Shown here piece after piece: positions 9,901 through 19,929 of a stretch of 64,000 bases of DNA. This stretch comes from a virus: UHGV virus genome UHGV-0211472; one strand, 5' to 3'. Each line of letters opens with the position of its first letter. Within the stretch, counting starts at the first letter, position 1. Below the pieces are notes generated by a model, which saw only the letters and a list, made by a program, of their open reading frames with translations, did no database searches and was not told the DNA's origin. Both the position numbers and the translations under genes were made by a program.

Positions 9901-11250
9901 GAGAATGAACGTAAAACTCTAGAAGCTATTGCAGCTCAAAAGAGTGAGATTGAGAAGATGATGGAAGGTTTACCTAAACCTGTTCGTGAGGCTCAGGAAT
10001 CTCGTACATTGAAACAGTTGGCTGCTCACCACGACAAGAACTCTCCAGTTCCTCCAGAGAAGTTCCGTAGTTACATTGAACGTATCCATAACGCCGAGTC
10101 AGATTACCTTGATCGTCAGCGTCGTTTAACTGATGCAGAGGAAGATGCTCGTCAGGCTAAATGGAATAGGATGTATGAGCAAGCGGAAGAGATGAATCGT
10201 AAGTTTGATGTGGACAAGAGAGTTAAGCGCAGTGAAGAGCTTAAAGCGGCCCAAGAGCGTGAGAATGACCTTATGGCAGTACAACGTCAACGTGATGACA
10301 TCCATCGCCGCCTGATGCGTACTATGGAAGATAAGGGCATATCTAGAGAGGATGCTGAAGCATTTGCTGGTTCCTACATGGACAACCGTTATGCACTTCT
10401 TGAGAAGCCTATGACTCCTACTGAACATCAGAATGCTCGTTCTCGTATCGAAGCTGATGTTGAGAAATTCGCTAAGAAGTACGAATCAATGACTCCTATC
10501 GAGAAAGAGATTGTTAAGGTTACTGGAGATACTGAAGGTAAGCTTGATAACTTGGATGCGGATACTAGGAAGGCTATTGAGGAGGCTCAGAAGGTTGACT
10601 CCGATATTAAGAAACTGCAAGAGGAAGAATTGGAGATGGAGAAGATTCGTTCTGCTCTGCCTGATGATGAAAAATCTCAAGCAAATTCTGATATCTTGGA
10701 AAGCATTAAACAGCAGGAAGAAGCCTTTGCTGATAAAGCAGAGAAAGCTTTCTTGAATGGGAAGAGCTTGGACGAATTAGTCAGTGTGGCTGAAGTTTTA
10801 GACAGAGTGCATGGTGCAGACAAGGCTGGTAACAACCGTCGCTTTGTACGTGCATTGCAGACTGCTGCTGAAAACAAGAAGAAGTATGGAGATAATCCGG
10901 TAGCTTGGTTTAGTGCTGATGATTATTCTGCCATTGCTAAACTTGGTGCTTCTTCCGCAGGTGGTAACAAATCCAGAGCACTGGAGAAGATTTTTGGTTC
11001 TACAGCTGAACAGGCTAAGAGTAAGTTGCTTGGTAGGGATGATGTAGCGAAGATGAGACGTGTGATTGAAGAGAACCCTGATATTAAGATTCCTTCTTAC
11101 AAGACAACGAATCGTACTGAGTACTTGCAGTTCTTGGAGAAGTTTAATGACGAAGGGAAGCCGAAGATTAAACGTGGCTCATTGTCAGAGAAGCTTGAAC
11201 GCAGTAAGCGTCAATCGAGACTCCGTGTAAGAGTTCGACCTAAGGAGTGA
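6943..11250 (+). CDS. large coiled-coil internal virion / ejection-like protein (about 1435 aa)
   Basis: ORF track 6898..11250; preferred start ATG at 6943 preceded by AAAGGAGACGTT; highly charged, Ala/Glu/Lys-rich, last gene of the plus-strand structural unit. Confidence 0.55.
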   Translation: MANIKPWEEASKAPAYLNASPEQQAQMREQYKAAGGSIPEEQPVAQPQQEERGAIGEFAQGVSNALQSGSANISANLARGIGGLVEIGEDLTGAQTGYGKRMQENAQNLLKERMDKIEDGIGKSAGQYAGVVADIGLTVANPLVAAAIIAGRETGRAYADQTPEEGEDKSVLDAALVGGANYAAQRILPGAVGTAESALGRIGQNVASNAVAGAKGGALVGAAEVQNKYGDDNDLAKTLEGVIEEGAMGAAFGGAVGGVHGLISRPDSAVFRNTPEYAKTDIAADDELIRSAKNVDELKEAYSKAETANAASALNLLDENGFRITDAVAVDSPAAQRILNTDQARAEKAASVQKEHSNIPGLNPLASPAKTRGKAFADNEHNQKQAVAMKDAMADYTKDNTKALTDVLDNLDRELTSLRASGDFTGSPIDIKNRTQADRDFIDAYKTFYNEANRFKARDGEDFNNFVEKAAELQKMADNVSPEMKKAIGGLKKLKGMPEGFNPIQDAYTLNNTAKFMSNQDRGWTSLTDDGFREASSPSLVMNTLGAAKYALNRFSSQRARSQRVKQQESNSEAIRSLARGDLEVARAKSTADEARAKMEEEPVVDDIKFKMQNDVETEPVREPSSSTVTEENLPSSVPQEAPLTARDLVAQRRAVKQVEQRRAQEEAAQAPESTVEEPTIKAEPLPARAPKAPKEAVQDVKPSIGVERLAAMSSAARQATKDRAERFARSLYSKAAKAKATAENFLSYKGDPKELMRRIRQEDNAINTERHEEMARNQLASQQGIATAKNNTVRTNFAEWVKERGLPEDIATKALRAEEKGLGGNVTNLDSLKRRAERLYQKQREDEFDRLYQQALEENKAFDNKNAPKLVDQKKELQSEIDALIDSEPLRPAQKDAMRKLMNDFVDGKFKSSEKAGREEALEVGQMKDIWDGFINTYNREVNAFNRANKNSQYEAFAKHIQAREERLATLKNKAQARSDAKAAVENERKTLEAIAAQKSEIEKMMEGLPKPVREAQESRTLKQLAAHHDKNSPVPPEKFRSYIERIHNAESDYLDRQRRLTDAEEDARQAKWNRMYEQAEEMNRKFDVDKRVKRSEELKAAQERENDLMAVQRQRDDIHRRLMRTMEDKGISREDAEAFAGSYMDNRYALLEKPMTPTEHQNARSRIEADVEKFAKKYESMTPIEKEIVKVTGDTEGKLDNLDADTRKAIEEAQKVDSDIKKLQEEELEMEKIRSALPDDEKSQANSDILESIKQQEEAFADKAEKAFLNGKSLDELVSVAEVLDRVHGADKAGNNRRFVRALQTAAENKKKYGDNPVAWFSADDYSAIAKLGASSAGGNKSRALEKIFGSTAEQAKSKLLGRDDVAKMRRVIEENPDIKIPSYKTTNRTEYLQFLEKFNDEGKPKIKRGSLSEKLERSKRQSRLRVRVRPKE

Positions 11251-11252
11251 TA

Positions 11253-11297
11253 AAAGAAAAGCCCTCAAGGTGAAATCCAAGAGGGCTTTATTTATTT
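11253..11297. terminator. bidirectional rho-independent terminator at operon convergence
   Basis: GCCCTC-(14-nt loop)-GAGGGC hairpin flanked by A-run on one side and TTTATTTATTT on the other; sits where plus- and minus-strand units meet. Confidence 0.6.
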
Positions 11298-11536
11298 CTA
11301 GATCTTCTTGTAGGTGATAGTTCCTTCTTTAACAGCTTTATCATAAGCTGCTTTGAATTTTTCTATCATAGCGATTTTACTCTGTTTTATCTTTTCAAAA
11401 TCCATCAAATTCATCCTCATACATCCCAATTTTCCTCAGAAGTCTGGGTGTTCATCTTCAAAGCACCCTGAGACACCGCCATAGAACCAATCGGATTTAC
11501 TGCCAAGAATAACAACTTCTTCATTCATATTTCCTC

Positions 11537-11764
11537 CTAGATCAAATCATAATATTGAATAATATCTGAGAGCTTGAACTCTCGAATCTCATCTTTCTCT
11601 ATATCAATTGCTGTCATAATCCAACAAGGTTTGCCACCGTTATGAAAACGGGAGCTAGCAACGGAGGTTCGGAGTGGAATAACGGACCGGTCAGCAACCT
11701 CGCCTCTCCAATTGCGATAGCGAAAGCGAAGCACTTGTTGCGTAGATTTTTGATCATTACTCAT
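11537..11764 (-). CDS. hypothetical protein (about 75 aa)
   Basis: internal ATG (MSNDQK...) of track ORF 11537..11905, overlapping the HNH stop by a few nt; weak RBS. Confidence 0.3.
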   Translation of the reverse strand: MSNDQKSTQQVLRFRYRNWRGEVADRSVIPLRTSVASSRFHNGGKPCWIMTAIDIEKDEIREFKLSDIIQYYDLI

Positions 11765-12158
11765 TTCCTTTTTTGAATTGTTTTCTTGCATCATTCTCTT
11801 CTTTTGTTTTAATCTTATGACAAGGGTCTTTACACAGAACCTGAAAACCTTCTTTCTCACACAGAGCACGAGAGATGATCTCATCCCAAGTTGCTTCATG
11901 GTCAAGAGGGACTATAGGCTCTATGTGGTCAATAGCCATATCCTTTACAGGGTGGTCAGAACCACACATGGCACACTTAAAGTGCATTGCCAGTCTACCT
12001 GTCTTCGGGTTAATCTTCTGCTCTGTCTTGGAGTCTGCTAGTGCATCAAACATGGGCTTCCACTTTCTAGTCAGAGAACGAATCCCTGACTTGATGAATG
12101 AGTTGTAACGAGCTTCAGTCCACGTTCCACTACAGCGTGTCTTCTCAGACTTCGCCAT
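11757..12158 (-). CDS. HNH endonuclease
   Basis: Cys/His-rich motif HFKCAMCGSDHPVKDMAIDHIEPI...LCKDPCHKIK consistent with HNH zinc-finger nuclease. Confidence 0.6.
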   Translation of the reverse strand: MAKSEKTRCSGTWTEARYNSFIKSGIRSLTRKWKPMFDALADSKTEQKINPKTGRLAMHFKCAMCGSDHPVKDMAIDHIEPIVPLDHEATWDEIISRALCEKEGFQVLCKDPCHKIKTKEENDARKQFKKGNE

Positions 12159-12334
12159 AATCAGCTTCTTCCCAAACTCGTTTGTTTACACGATGACTTA
12201 CTTTACCCTCACGAGGAATACGACCAGTCCGCTGATCAAATAGTTGATGTTTAATTTTTTGGTCTTTACGGGATTCACGATTGGAGGAGTTTTCATCATA
12301 TGAACGATAATCAAATTTACCCATTATAATATCC

Positions 12335-13156
12335 TTATTTCCAAGTTTTTTCGAGCCATGACCAATCAAATAGGTCTTCCGGAGTCTGACCAACAAATAG
12401 AAGCCGAGCATTCTCAAGCATCTTCTCTTCATCTTCAGTATCGAACTTCTTATAATATTCCATTCGTACTATATGATACATGGTCCACTTATCTGTAACA
12501 TCAGCCAGTAATTTAGCTGCTGCCCTCTTCCCTATGCCTTGACGTCGAAGCTGAAGCTTACCACCCCACATAACCTCTTTACGTTCCCCACATCCGGGAA
12601 TATTATCCGTACCATCCCCAATCAACATTTGATAGAAGAAGTTTTGCCATGAGACTAAATCAGATACGTAGTGAGGGGGTACCTCTTTCTGCCTTTCTCC
12701 ACAAGCCCAGCGATAGTGCCATCCGGGGGTTATTAATAAATCTTTGTCTCTAGTACAAATGATAGTGTTCTTGTCTCTACGTTGCCTTTCAGCTAGTGCA
12801 TCATCAGCCTCTCTCCCAAATACATCTATGTATTCATATTTACCTTTAATATAATCACCAACATTTTGCCAGTGAAAAGGTCTTTCTCCGGGAGGTCTAT
12901 TTGCTTTGTAGTCTTGCTGCTTAGCGACATCGAAACGGAAGTTACCACCTTCGCTGAAGTAGAACACAACCTTACTACAACCTGAGCGAGCAATGATAGT
13001 ATCTATCTTGTACTGAAGTCGTTCAATCATGAAATTATAGTCAACTGGAACACGTCCTGTGTCAAGAAAGGGATGCTCCTGAGTAAGAGCACCTACTTCA
13101 TAACGAAGAACATCCGCGTCCACAATTGCTACTTCAGGGAGCTTAACATCTCCCAT
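12335..13156 (-). CDS. 5'-3' exonuclease / flap endonuclease (FEN family, T7 gene 6-like)
   Basis: acidic catalytic clusters and H3TH-like motif MLIGDGTDNIPG; 273 aa. Confidence 0.8.
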   Translation of the reverse strand: MGDVKLPEVAIVDADVLRYEVGALTQEHPFLDTGRVPVDYNFMIERLQYKIDTIIARSGCSKVVFYFSEGGNFRFDVAKQQDYKANRPPGERPFHWQNVGDYIKGKYEYIDVFGREADDALAERQRRDKNTIICTRDKDLLITPGWHYRWACGERQKEVPPHYVSDLVSWQNFFYQMLIGDGTDNIPGCGERKEVMWGGKLQLRRQGIGKRAAAKLLADVTDKWTMYHIVRMEYYKKFDTEDEEKMLENARLLFVGQTPEDLFDWSWLEKTWK

Positions 13157-13157
13157 A

Positions 13158-14427
<1,270 letters not shown>

Positions 14428-14620
14428 TCTCTAACTCTTGTTGATGCTTCTCTCTATCAAGATTGTTACTATCTGTTCGGTATTCATTGAACTTCATACC
14501 TCCAAAGAACACGAGAGCAGAGAAGATGATAAAACCTACATTATCACTTAATGTACTTTTCATATTGTCTCCAACGAAAAAAGCCACCCGAAGATGGCTA
14601 AGCTATAACAAGGAGAGTTA

Positions 14621-15367
14621 TTAGAATGGGCTATCGTTGTCGTCTTCGTAAGTAGAAGCAGGTTCTTTATCAATCGTAGGGATTGAAGGAGTAGCTTCTT
14701 TCTGTTCTGTTTCAGAAGCACGAGTAATTTCACGACCAGCCAGAGGCATGTTCTTAGCGTCAATAGCTTGGGTAAGCAGGTTGCGCTGGAACGGGAACAT
14801 CAGTTGATAGGATGCTACGTTCTCATCGGTTTCAGCATACGGTTCGAAGAATACCAGAGGACTACGAGCTTCACCAACTGCTGCACGATATTTGGTTGGG
14901 ATTGGAGAAATGGTCTTGATGGAGTTTTTAACTTCACCAGCTTTGTTAGTGTAAGAATTAACCAGAATGTTAACAGGCTGACCTAACAACACATCCTTAA
15001 ACCAAGACAGATCACCTTTCAGTGCTTGGATGCTTGGGTCAATCATCTTGCAGAGATCAAGGATACCAGAGTTCTTGGCTCGTGGGTTTACATCATAGCT
15101 CTTGAACTGGCAAGCCGGACGCGGTTCTAATGCCTTACCATCGGAATCTTTACCAGTAGCATCAACACCAATCAGCTCGAAAGCCAAATCCATACGGAAA
15201 GCCGGATTCTTAGGGGTTACTGCTTTGGTCTTCGGGTCAATCCAAGGGTCACGATTGTGAACACCCAAACCTACTACACGAACGATACGTGCTTCGTATT
15301 CACCATCAGGGATTACATCGTAGTTGGATTTACGGGAAGCAGTTGCGATAGTTGGGATCATGCTCAT
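14621..15367 (-). CDS. single-stranded DNA-binding protein candidate
   Basis: 248 aa ending in acidic tail ...TYEDDNDSPF with C-terminal Phe, as in SSB/T7 gp2.5-type proteins; within replication module. Confidence 0.5.
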   Translation of the reverse strand: MSMIPTIATASRKSNYDVIPDGEYEARIVRVVGLGVHNRDPWIDPKTKAVTPKNPAFRMDLAFELIGVDATGKDSDGKALEPRPACQFKSYDVNPRAKNSGILDLCKMIDPSIQALKGDLSWFKDVLLGQPVNILVNSYTNKAGEVKNSIKTISPIPTKYRAAVGEARSPLVFFEPYAETDENVASYQLMFPFQRNLLTQAIDAKNMPLAGREITRASETEQKEATPSIPTIDKEPASTYEDDNDSPF

Positions 15368-15933
15368 TATTAATTTCCTTATTTAATTTGAAAGATTGTT
15401 GCTCTCTTTGAGCGGTTATGTATAATATACATTACATATATAGTGTAGGAACTACCGGAAGGTAGTAGGTTTTGTCCAAACAAAAGTCTCTTTAGAGTTA
15501 TTTGTTGGGGACTGTCTCTTATAAACCCGAGACTGTCTAGCAGTTACATAAGCTCTAGCTTTTTCTGTAGCTGCATACTTATGATTAAATTTCATGGTAG
15601 TATATCTCTAAGTGCTATAATATATATAAGTTATAGCTGATAAAGTTATTGCACGGGACTGACGACGATAAGGCGCAGACGACAACCTCTCATAAGTTTG
15701 TAAGAAATTGAGAGACTACCGGAAGGGCAGGAGCCACCTGCGAGATAAAAATAGAGAATTAAGGAATCCTTGATTTAGGTTGTAGGGACTCCTAGGGACT
15801 TTGATTCTCTATTTAAAAGAATAAATAATTATTACATCTAACACTAAACAAACTGAAACAAAGATAAGAAACTTCTTATAAATACTCATTACTTATCACT
15901 TAAACAGTTAACTAGCCTCTGATATAAAGAAGT

Positions 15934-16122
15934 TTAAATCAAGCATCCATCACAAACATAATCTCCACTAAGAGATTCTTGTAGCAAGCGATTTTGTTCC
16001 TCTGAATATAGAGAATCTACTAATTCTTTTAACTCTGAAAGAGTAATGAAATCAATAGTATTTCCATTATCTAAAATAGAAGAGTTGAGTATATATTCAT
16101 TATCTTTAATTTTATTGATCAT
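15934..16122 (-). CDS. hypothetical protein (62 aa)
   Basis: ORF; start ATG overlaps stop of an upstream short ORF (ATGA). Confidence 0.4.
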   Translation of the reverse strand: MINKIKDNEYILNSSILDNGNTIDFITLSELKELVDSLYSEEQNRLLQESLSGDYVCDGCLI

Positions 16123-16259
16123 TTTTCTATTCCTTTTACTTCAGCGTATACTTTAACTTCTCCCTTAAGGATTACCTTGGAAGCATTAGCGCTTTCTTCG
16201 GAGTGGTGTACAACGGTCATCTCTTTCTTTCCAATCTTATATGTGTGAATCCAAATCAT
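16119..16259 (-). CDS. short ORF (46 aa)
   Basis: not in ORF track (<60 aa); MIWIHTYKIGKKEMTVVHHSEE...; stop overlaps next start. Confidence 0.3.
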   Translation of the reverse strand: MIWIHTYKIGKKEMTVVHHSEESANASKVILKGEVKVYAEVKGIEK

Positions 16260-16310
16260 TATTTCTTAATCCTTTTAGACAAGAAAAGCCGCCCTAAGGC
16301 AGCTTCTTAT

Positions 16311-16487
16311 TTAACTGTTCACTTTAGCTTCAAGTGTTTCGTTTTCAATACTCAAGTCAATCACTACACCAGTAAGCTCAACGACTGCTTGGCGAAGGGC
16401 ATCTTTACCCATAGAGTGTACTTGAGATAAGAAGAAAGCTTTCCCTTCTTCAGTGGATAGGGTTTCTTTCAGTTCAGTTGCAGTCAT
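16311..16487 (-). CDS. short ORF (58 aa)
   Basis: not in ORF track; ATG preceded by GAGAGAGGAAAAGA; MTATELKETLSTEEGKAFFLSQVHSMGKDALRQAVVELTGVVIDLSIENETLEAKVNS. Confidence 0.35.
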   Translation of the reverse strand: MTATELKETLSTEEGKAFFLSQVHSMGKDALRQAVVELTGVVIDLSIENETLEAKVNS

Positions 16488-16680
16488 TCTTTTCCTCTCT
16501 CTCTTTCCATAGTTCAGCTAATTCTAAATAGTATTGTGCTTCATCAGCACGTCCTTGTTCATTACAGATGGCGCTTTGACGATAACACCAATCCGATGGC
16601 ATCTCTTCCACTTCAATCTCCTTATGATGAACTAATCAATAAGACTAGTTCATTTGTGTTCCTGTCTTTCAGTTCTGCCT

Positions 16681-18525
16681 TTAGTGCGTATGCATCCAAT
16701 TTAATCCAATCTGACAATCAGAAGCCAGAGGACATTCCATGTTCAAGTACTCACCAGCCTTCTTAACACAAAGCTCAGTGTGCTCTTTGAGTTTCTGTAC
16801 ATCATTACGATTTACTGAGAATTGGCCCTCATCGTGCATATCAATTACCTTAGCACAACGAACCCCATCCTTCTCAATCCACTTGTTAAGGAACATCATA
16901 GCATATTTCATAACAACAGCACCAGCACATTGCAGGAGTGTGTTAAGGGCTTTATGAACCATAACTTTACCAGTGGCATCTCTTCTCATTGTAATCTTAC
17001 GACCATCAACTCCAATCAAGTATCCTTGAGCAGCTTTCTCTGTCATACGATCAATGAGGATTGCAATACACGGGTTCTCTGCTAAGAAACGCGCTCGCAT
17101 CACTGAACCTTCGTCAGCCCCACCACCTACAATTGAACCAAGCTTAGCATCACCAGCACCGTAGTTGAATGCATAGATAAATGTCTTAGCGTTGTCACGA
17201 GTAGGAAGACCAGCAAGTTTCTGGTTGTGGGAGTGGATATCACCTTCAAGGAGAATATCACGATACATAACAGCAGAAGCTAAACCGCGTTCTGCCAGAG
17301 CTTTCTTAGCTGGGTTATTCTCTTCGATTGCTTCAGCAAGCATATCTCTACACTCTTTGATGAGGTAGTGAGCGAGCATACGAAGTTCAAGTCCAGAACC
17401 ATCATACCCTAAGAATATTTCTTTACCAGCGGGTATGTAATATTTGTAAGCACCTACAGGTTTGTCTTTCTTCCCCGGCTTACCTTTCTCGTAAATTACG
17501 TTAGTACCTTTTCGTATATAACAATCATCAGGAACAACGTTAGTAATAACGAAAGGACGAGAGTGATCACTGTCTGAGTTATAGTCAGACTCAAACAAAC
17601 TGCGACACTCATGACCAAACAAACCACGGGAGGGAATATTAACCACGATACGATGTTTGAATCGAAAAGTCGGCGTAGCACAGCTGTTAGCTTCTGCCGA
17701 AAGTTTACCATCTTTGCGTTCCTTTGCTATGAGTCCGCTGATAAGGCCTAGCCTGTGAGCCGCTACAACACGTCTCTTAAGCAAACTTCCGACACTCCCT
17801 AGCTCACCCCCTAATCCTTCTTCAAGGGTCTCCTCGAGGTTTGTAGGAGCTGTAGGCCACTTGTTTGAGGTAGCTAGTGCTATCTTAATCTCGTCAAAAG
17901 TGATAGGCCTACGTCGGTTAGGATTTAAACCTAAACCAAATACATAAGCCTTCATGTAGTTCTTAGTCTTAAACCTAAAATGCTTCTCTAAGAACTTCCT
18001 GATATCAGCGTCAACCATCTCGGCTGTCTGCTTCTGTTTAGCATTACCTCGCATCCAAGCTGAATACCATGCTTGGTATGTTCCATACTTTCTCATATCT
18101 TTCTTAATTTCAAAAGTATTCCAAGGCTTCTTAGATACGTTAAACTCTGGAGGAAGAAAGCCCTCATCCATAAGAGCTTCTTTAACTCGTGCATCCTTCG
18201 ATGGGTCAAAGTCTACGTATTCGACACAGGTAAAAGCTCCACCAATGTCTTCTCTCTTCAGCCCAACCCTATCGCAATAAGCTTGAGGCCACTTCTGCAA
18301 AGCCCCAGACTTCTTAAATGGCTTCATATAAGTAGAGCCATCTAATCTCATCTTAGGTAAGAGAGGAATTAGTTCTTTATCAATATTAACAATAATCTCT
18401 TTAAGGAGGTGAACATACCACCGAGCATTTCTTCGGTTGAAACTCACTCCGTGCTTTGCTTGCTTAGAGATTATATCAGCGACAGTCATCTCTGTCAAAA
18501 ATGGGAGAGCGTCCGGGTTGCTCAC
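16681..18525 (-). CDS. DNA polymerase family A, polymerase domain only
   Basis: motif A DGSGLELR, motif B RDNAKTFIYAFNYGAGDAKLG, motif C IDMHDEG; no 3'-5' exonuclease motifs in this ORF. Confidence 0.85.
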   Translation of the reverse strand: MSNPDALPFLTEMTVADIISKQAKHGVSFNRRNARWYVHLLKEIIVNIDKELIPLLPKMRLDGSTYMKPFKKSGALQKWPQAYCDRVGLKREDIGGAFTCVEYVDFDPSKDARVKEALMDEGFLPPEFNVSKKPWNTFEIKKDMRKYGTYQAWYSAWMRGNAKQKQTAEMVDADIRKFLEKHFRFKTKNYMKAYVFGLGLNPNRRRPITFDEIKIALATSNKWPTAPTNLEETLEEGLGGELGSVGSLLKRRVVAAHRLGLISGLIAKERKDGKLSAEANSCATPTFRFKHRIVVNIPSRGLFGHECRSLFESDYNSDSDHSRPFVITNVVPDDCYIRKGTNVIYEKGKPGKKDKPVGAYKYYIPAGKEIFLGYDGSGLELRMLAHYLIKECRDMLAEAIEENNPAKKALAERGLASAVMYRDILLEGDIHSHNQKLAGLPTRDNAKTFIYAFNYGAGDAKLGSIVGGGADEGSVMRARFLAENPCIAILIDRMTEKAAQGYLIGVDGRKITMRRDATGKVMVHKALNTLLQCAGAVVMKYAMMFLNKWIEKDGVRCAKVIDMHDEGQFSVNRNDVQKLKEHTELCVKKAGEYLNMECPLASDCQIGLNWMHTH

Positions 18526-18541
18526 TTTATACTCCTTTAAA

Positions 18542-18946
18542 TTATTGGTAAAGTAAATCTGTAAATGCTTGATTGTCAGCTATTGCATCTAGGTCATTAG
18601 GAGATACTCGGATAGTGTTACCTTCAACTCTCCACGGAGTTGGCGTAGGTGAAGACCTAACTTCAAGAGGCTGCTCTCTGACTAGATGGGCCATGACCTC
18701 CTGATCGGCAACTTCCTCTCTTTCTCGAATATCTCTCTGGATGTAGGCCAGCTTCATGCCCCAAGCTTCTTCAAACTCTTGAGGGTGTTTATCACTGATC
18801 ACTACATATCGACGATTGACGGAAAACCTTCTTGCTTTCAAAATAAGATTGCAAAGATCTTCTACTTCATCTTCTTCTAGGTTGTTATAAATATCATCCC
18901 ACTTCACTACACAGAAGCGGTTTTGGTGTCTAGTTGGTAGTGGCAT
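18542..18946 (-). CDS. hypothetical protein (134 aa)
   Basis: ORF in replication/metabolism operon. Confidence 0.45.
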   Translation of the reverse strand: MPLPTRHQNRFCVVKWDDIYNNLEEDEVEDLCNLILKARRFSVNRRYVVISDKHPQEFEEAWGMKLAYIQRDIREREEVADQEVMAHLVREQPLEVRSSPTPTPWRVEGNTIRVSPNDLDAIADNQAFTDLLYQ

Positions 18947-18949
18947 AGC

Positions 18950-19234
18950 TTAACCTTTCGGGAATGGCATTAAAGATTCCATAGCAGATTTAATTTCGCT
19001 ATTGATTCGAGCATCACGATAAGAGATAAATTTACCTTTGCTATCACGTAACATTACATGGGTTCTGGCTGTTTCGTGAGGAAGCAGTGTGATACTGGTT
19101 GGGATAGTATCAATCCCTACAGGTAGTTTGTAAATAGTCTTACTCTCAGCTAGTAGGTAAGACCAAGTACATGGTTTCTTCTCCGGATGGTTAGGGTATG
19201 TATCTCTAATCTGAACCATAGCTAATTTATTCAT
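18950..19234 (-). CDS. hypothetical protein, tandem paralog 1
   Basis: C-terminal ...KGKFISYRDARINSEIKSAMESLMPFPKG closely resembles the adjacent ORF. Confidence 0.45.
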   Translation of the reverse strand: MNKLAMVQIRDTYPNHPEKKPCTWSYLLAESKTIYKLPVGIDTIPTSITLLPHETARTHVMLRDSKGKFISYRDARINSEIKSAMESLMPFPKG

Positions 19235-19235
19235 A

Positions 19236-19487
19236 TTAAACTCCTTTAGGAAATGGGATGAGGTTTTCTATTGCAACACGGAAAGGTTTTTCTACATTCT
19301 TATTTTTATAAGAGATGAACTTCCCATCAGCCCCACGAAGGATTACGTTAGTGCGAGCTGTATTGGGATCTAGATTGATCATAGAGGTGATGTTCTTTTT
19401 TGAGTTGTTGTAGTTGTTATCGAAAGTCCACTTATCCAGATGATTAGCTATTACATCAATAATAGTTACAGTTTTTACAATAGACAT
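19236..19487 (-). CDS. hypothetical protein, tandem paralog 2
   Basis: C-terminal ...DGKFISYKNKNVEKPFRVAIENLIPFPKGV; paralog of 18950..19234. Confidence 0.45.
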   Translation of the reverse strand: MSIVKTVTIIDVIANHLDKWTFDNNYNNSKKNITSMINLDPNTARTNVILRGADGKFISYKNKNVEKPFRVAIENLIPFPKGV

Positions 19488-19520
19488 ATTTGTTACCTAA
19501 GAAATTTAATTTAGTTTATA

Positions 19521-19550
19521 TAAAAGAAAAGGCCACCCGATTGGGTAGCC
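19521..19550 (-). terminator. rho-independent terminator (minus strand)
   Basis: hairpin GGCCACCC-GATT-GGGTAGCC followed on the minus strand by a T-run; directly after the stop of 19556..19873. Confidence 0.4.
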
Positions 19551-19555
19551 TCATA

Positions 19556-19873
19556 TTACGATGAGCTTAAAGCTCCTTTGCGAGATCCAGCTGCTTTTCC
19601 AGCTCGATCACCACTTTTGCCGCCGTTTGAACGGTTTGAGCTGACTGATTCAACACGTAAGTTGCTTGACGCATTAGAGCCTCCAGACTTGATAGCTCGT
19701 TTGTGTCCAACATCTTTACCTCTGACAGCAGCTTTTCCATCGCGCTTTTCAACGATGCGACGTGCACGGTGGCGCTGAGCATCTCCGCTCTTGCTCCCAA
19801 TGCCTGTCTCACCACGGGCAATTGCGGTACGTCTTTCTTGTGCATAATCTCTCTTTCCTACATGGTCTGCCAT
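19556..19873 (-). CDS. basic Arg/Lys/Gly-rich protein (105 aa)
   Basis: ATG preceded by AAGGAG with 6-nt spacer; overlapping alternative frame 19567..19845 judged less likely. Confidence 0.4.
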   Translation of the reverse strand: MADHVGKRDYAQERRTAIARGETGIGSKSGDAQRHRARRIVEKRDGKAAVRGKDVGHKRAIKSGGSNASSNLRVESVSSNRSNGGKSGDRAGKAAGSRKGALSSS

Positions 19874-19929
19874 TTAGAACTCCTTAATATATCAGTGTAC
19901 ACTAAGGAGTATACATTATAAGTTACTGT

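Noticed and set aside
11300-11536. Tiny ORFs (30-35 aa) downstream of the bidirectional terminator, one with a GGAGGA RBS
   Set aside because: Too short and unconserved to call from sequence alone; could equally be leader or terminator sequence.
14560-14763. ORF-track minus-strand CDS of 67 aa, Leu/Lys-rich
   Set aside because: Almost entirely inside the 3' end of the SSB-like gene in another frame; composition is typical of an out-of-frame artefact.
19567-19845. Alternative-frame ORF of 92 aa overlapping the basic-protein gene
   Set aside because: The 19556..19873 frame has a canonical AAGGAG-spacer-ATG start whereas this frame lacks an RBS; both cannot easily be real. Kept the RBS-supported frame, with low confidence.
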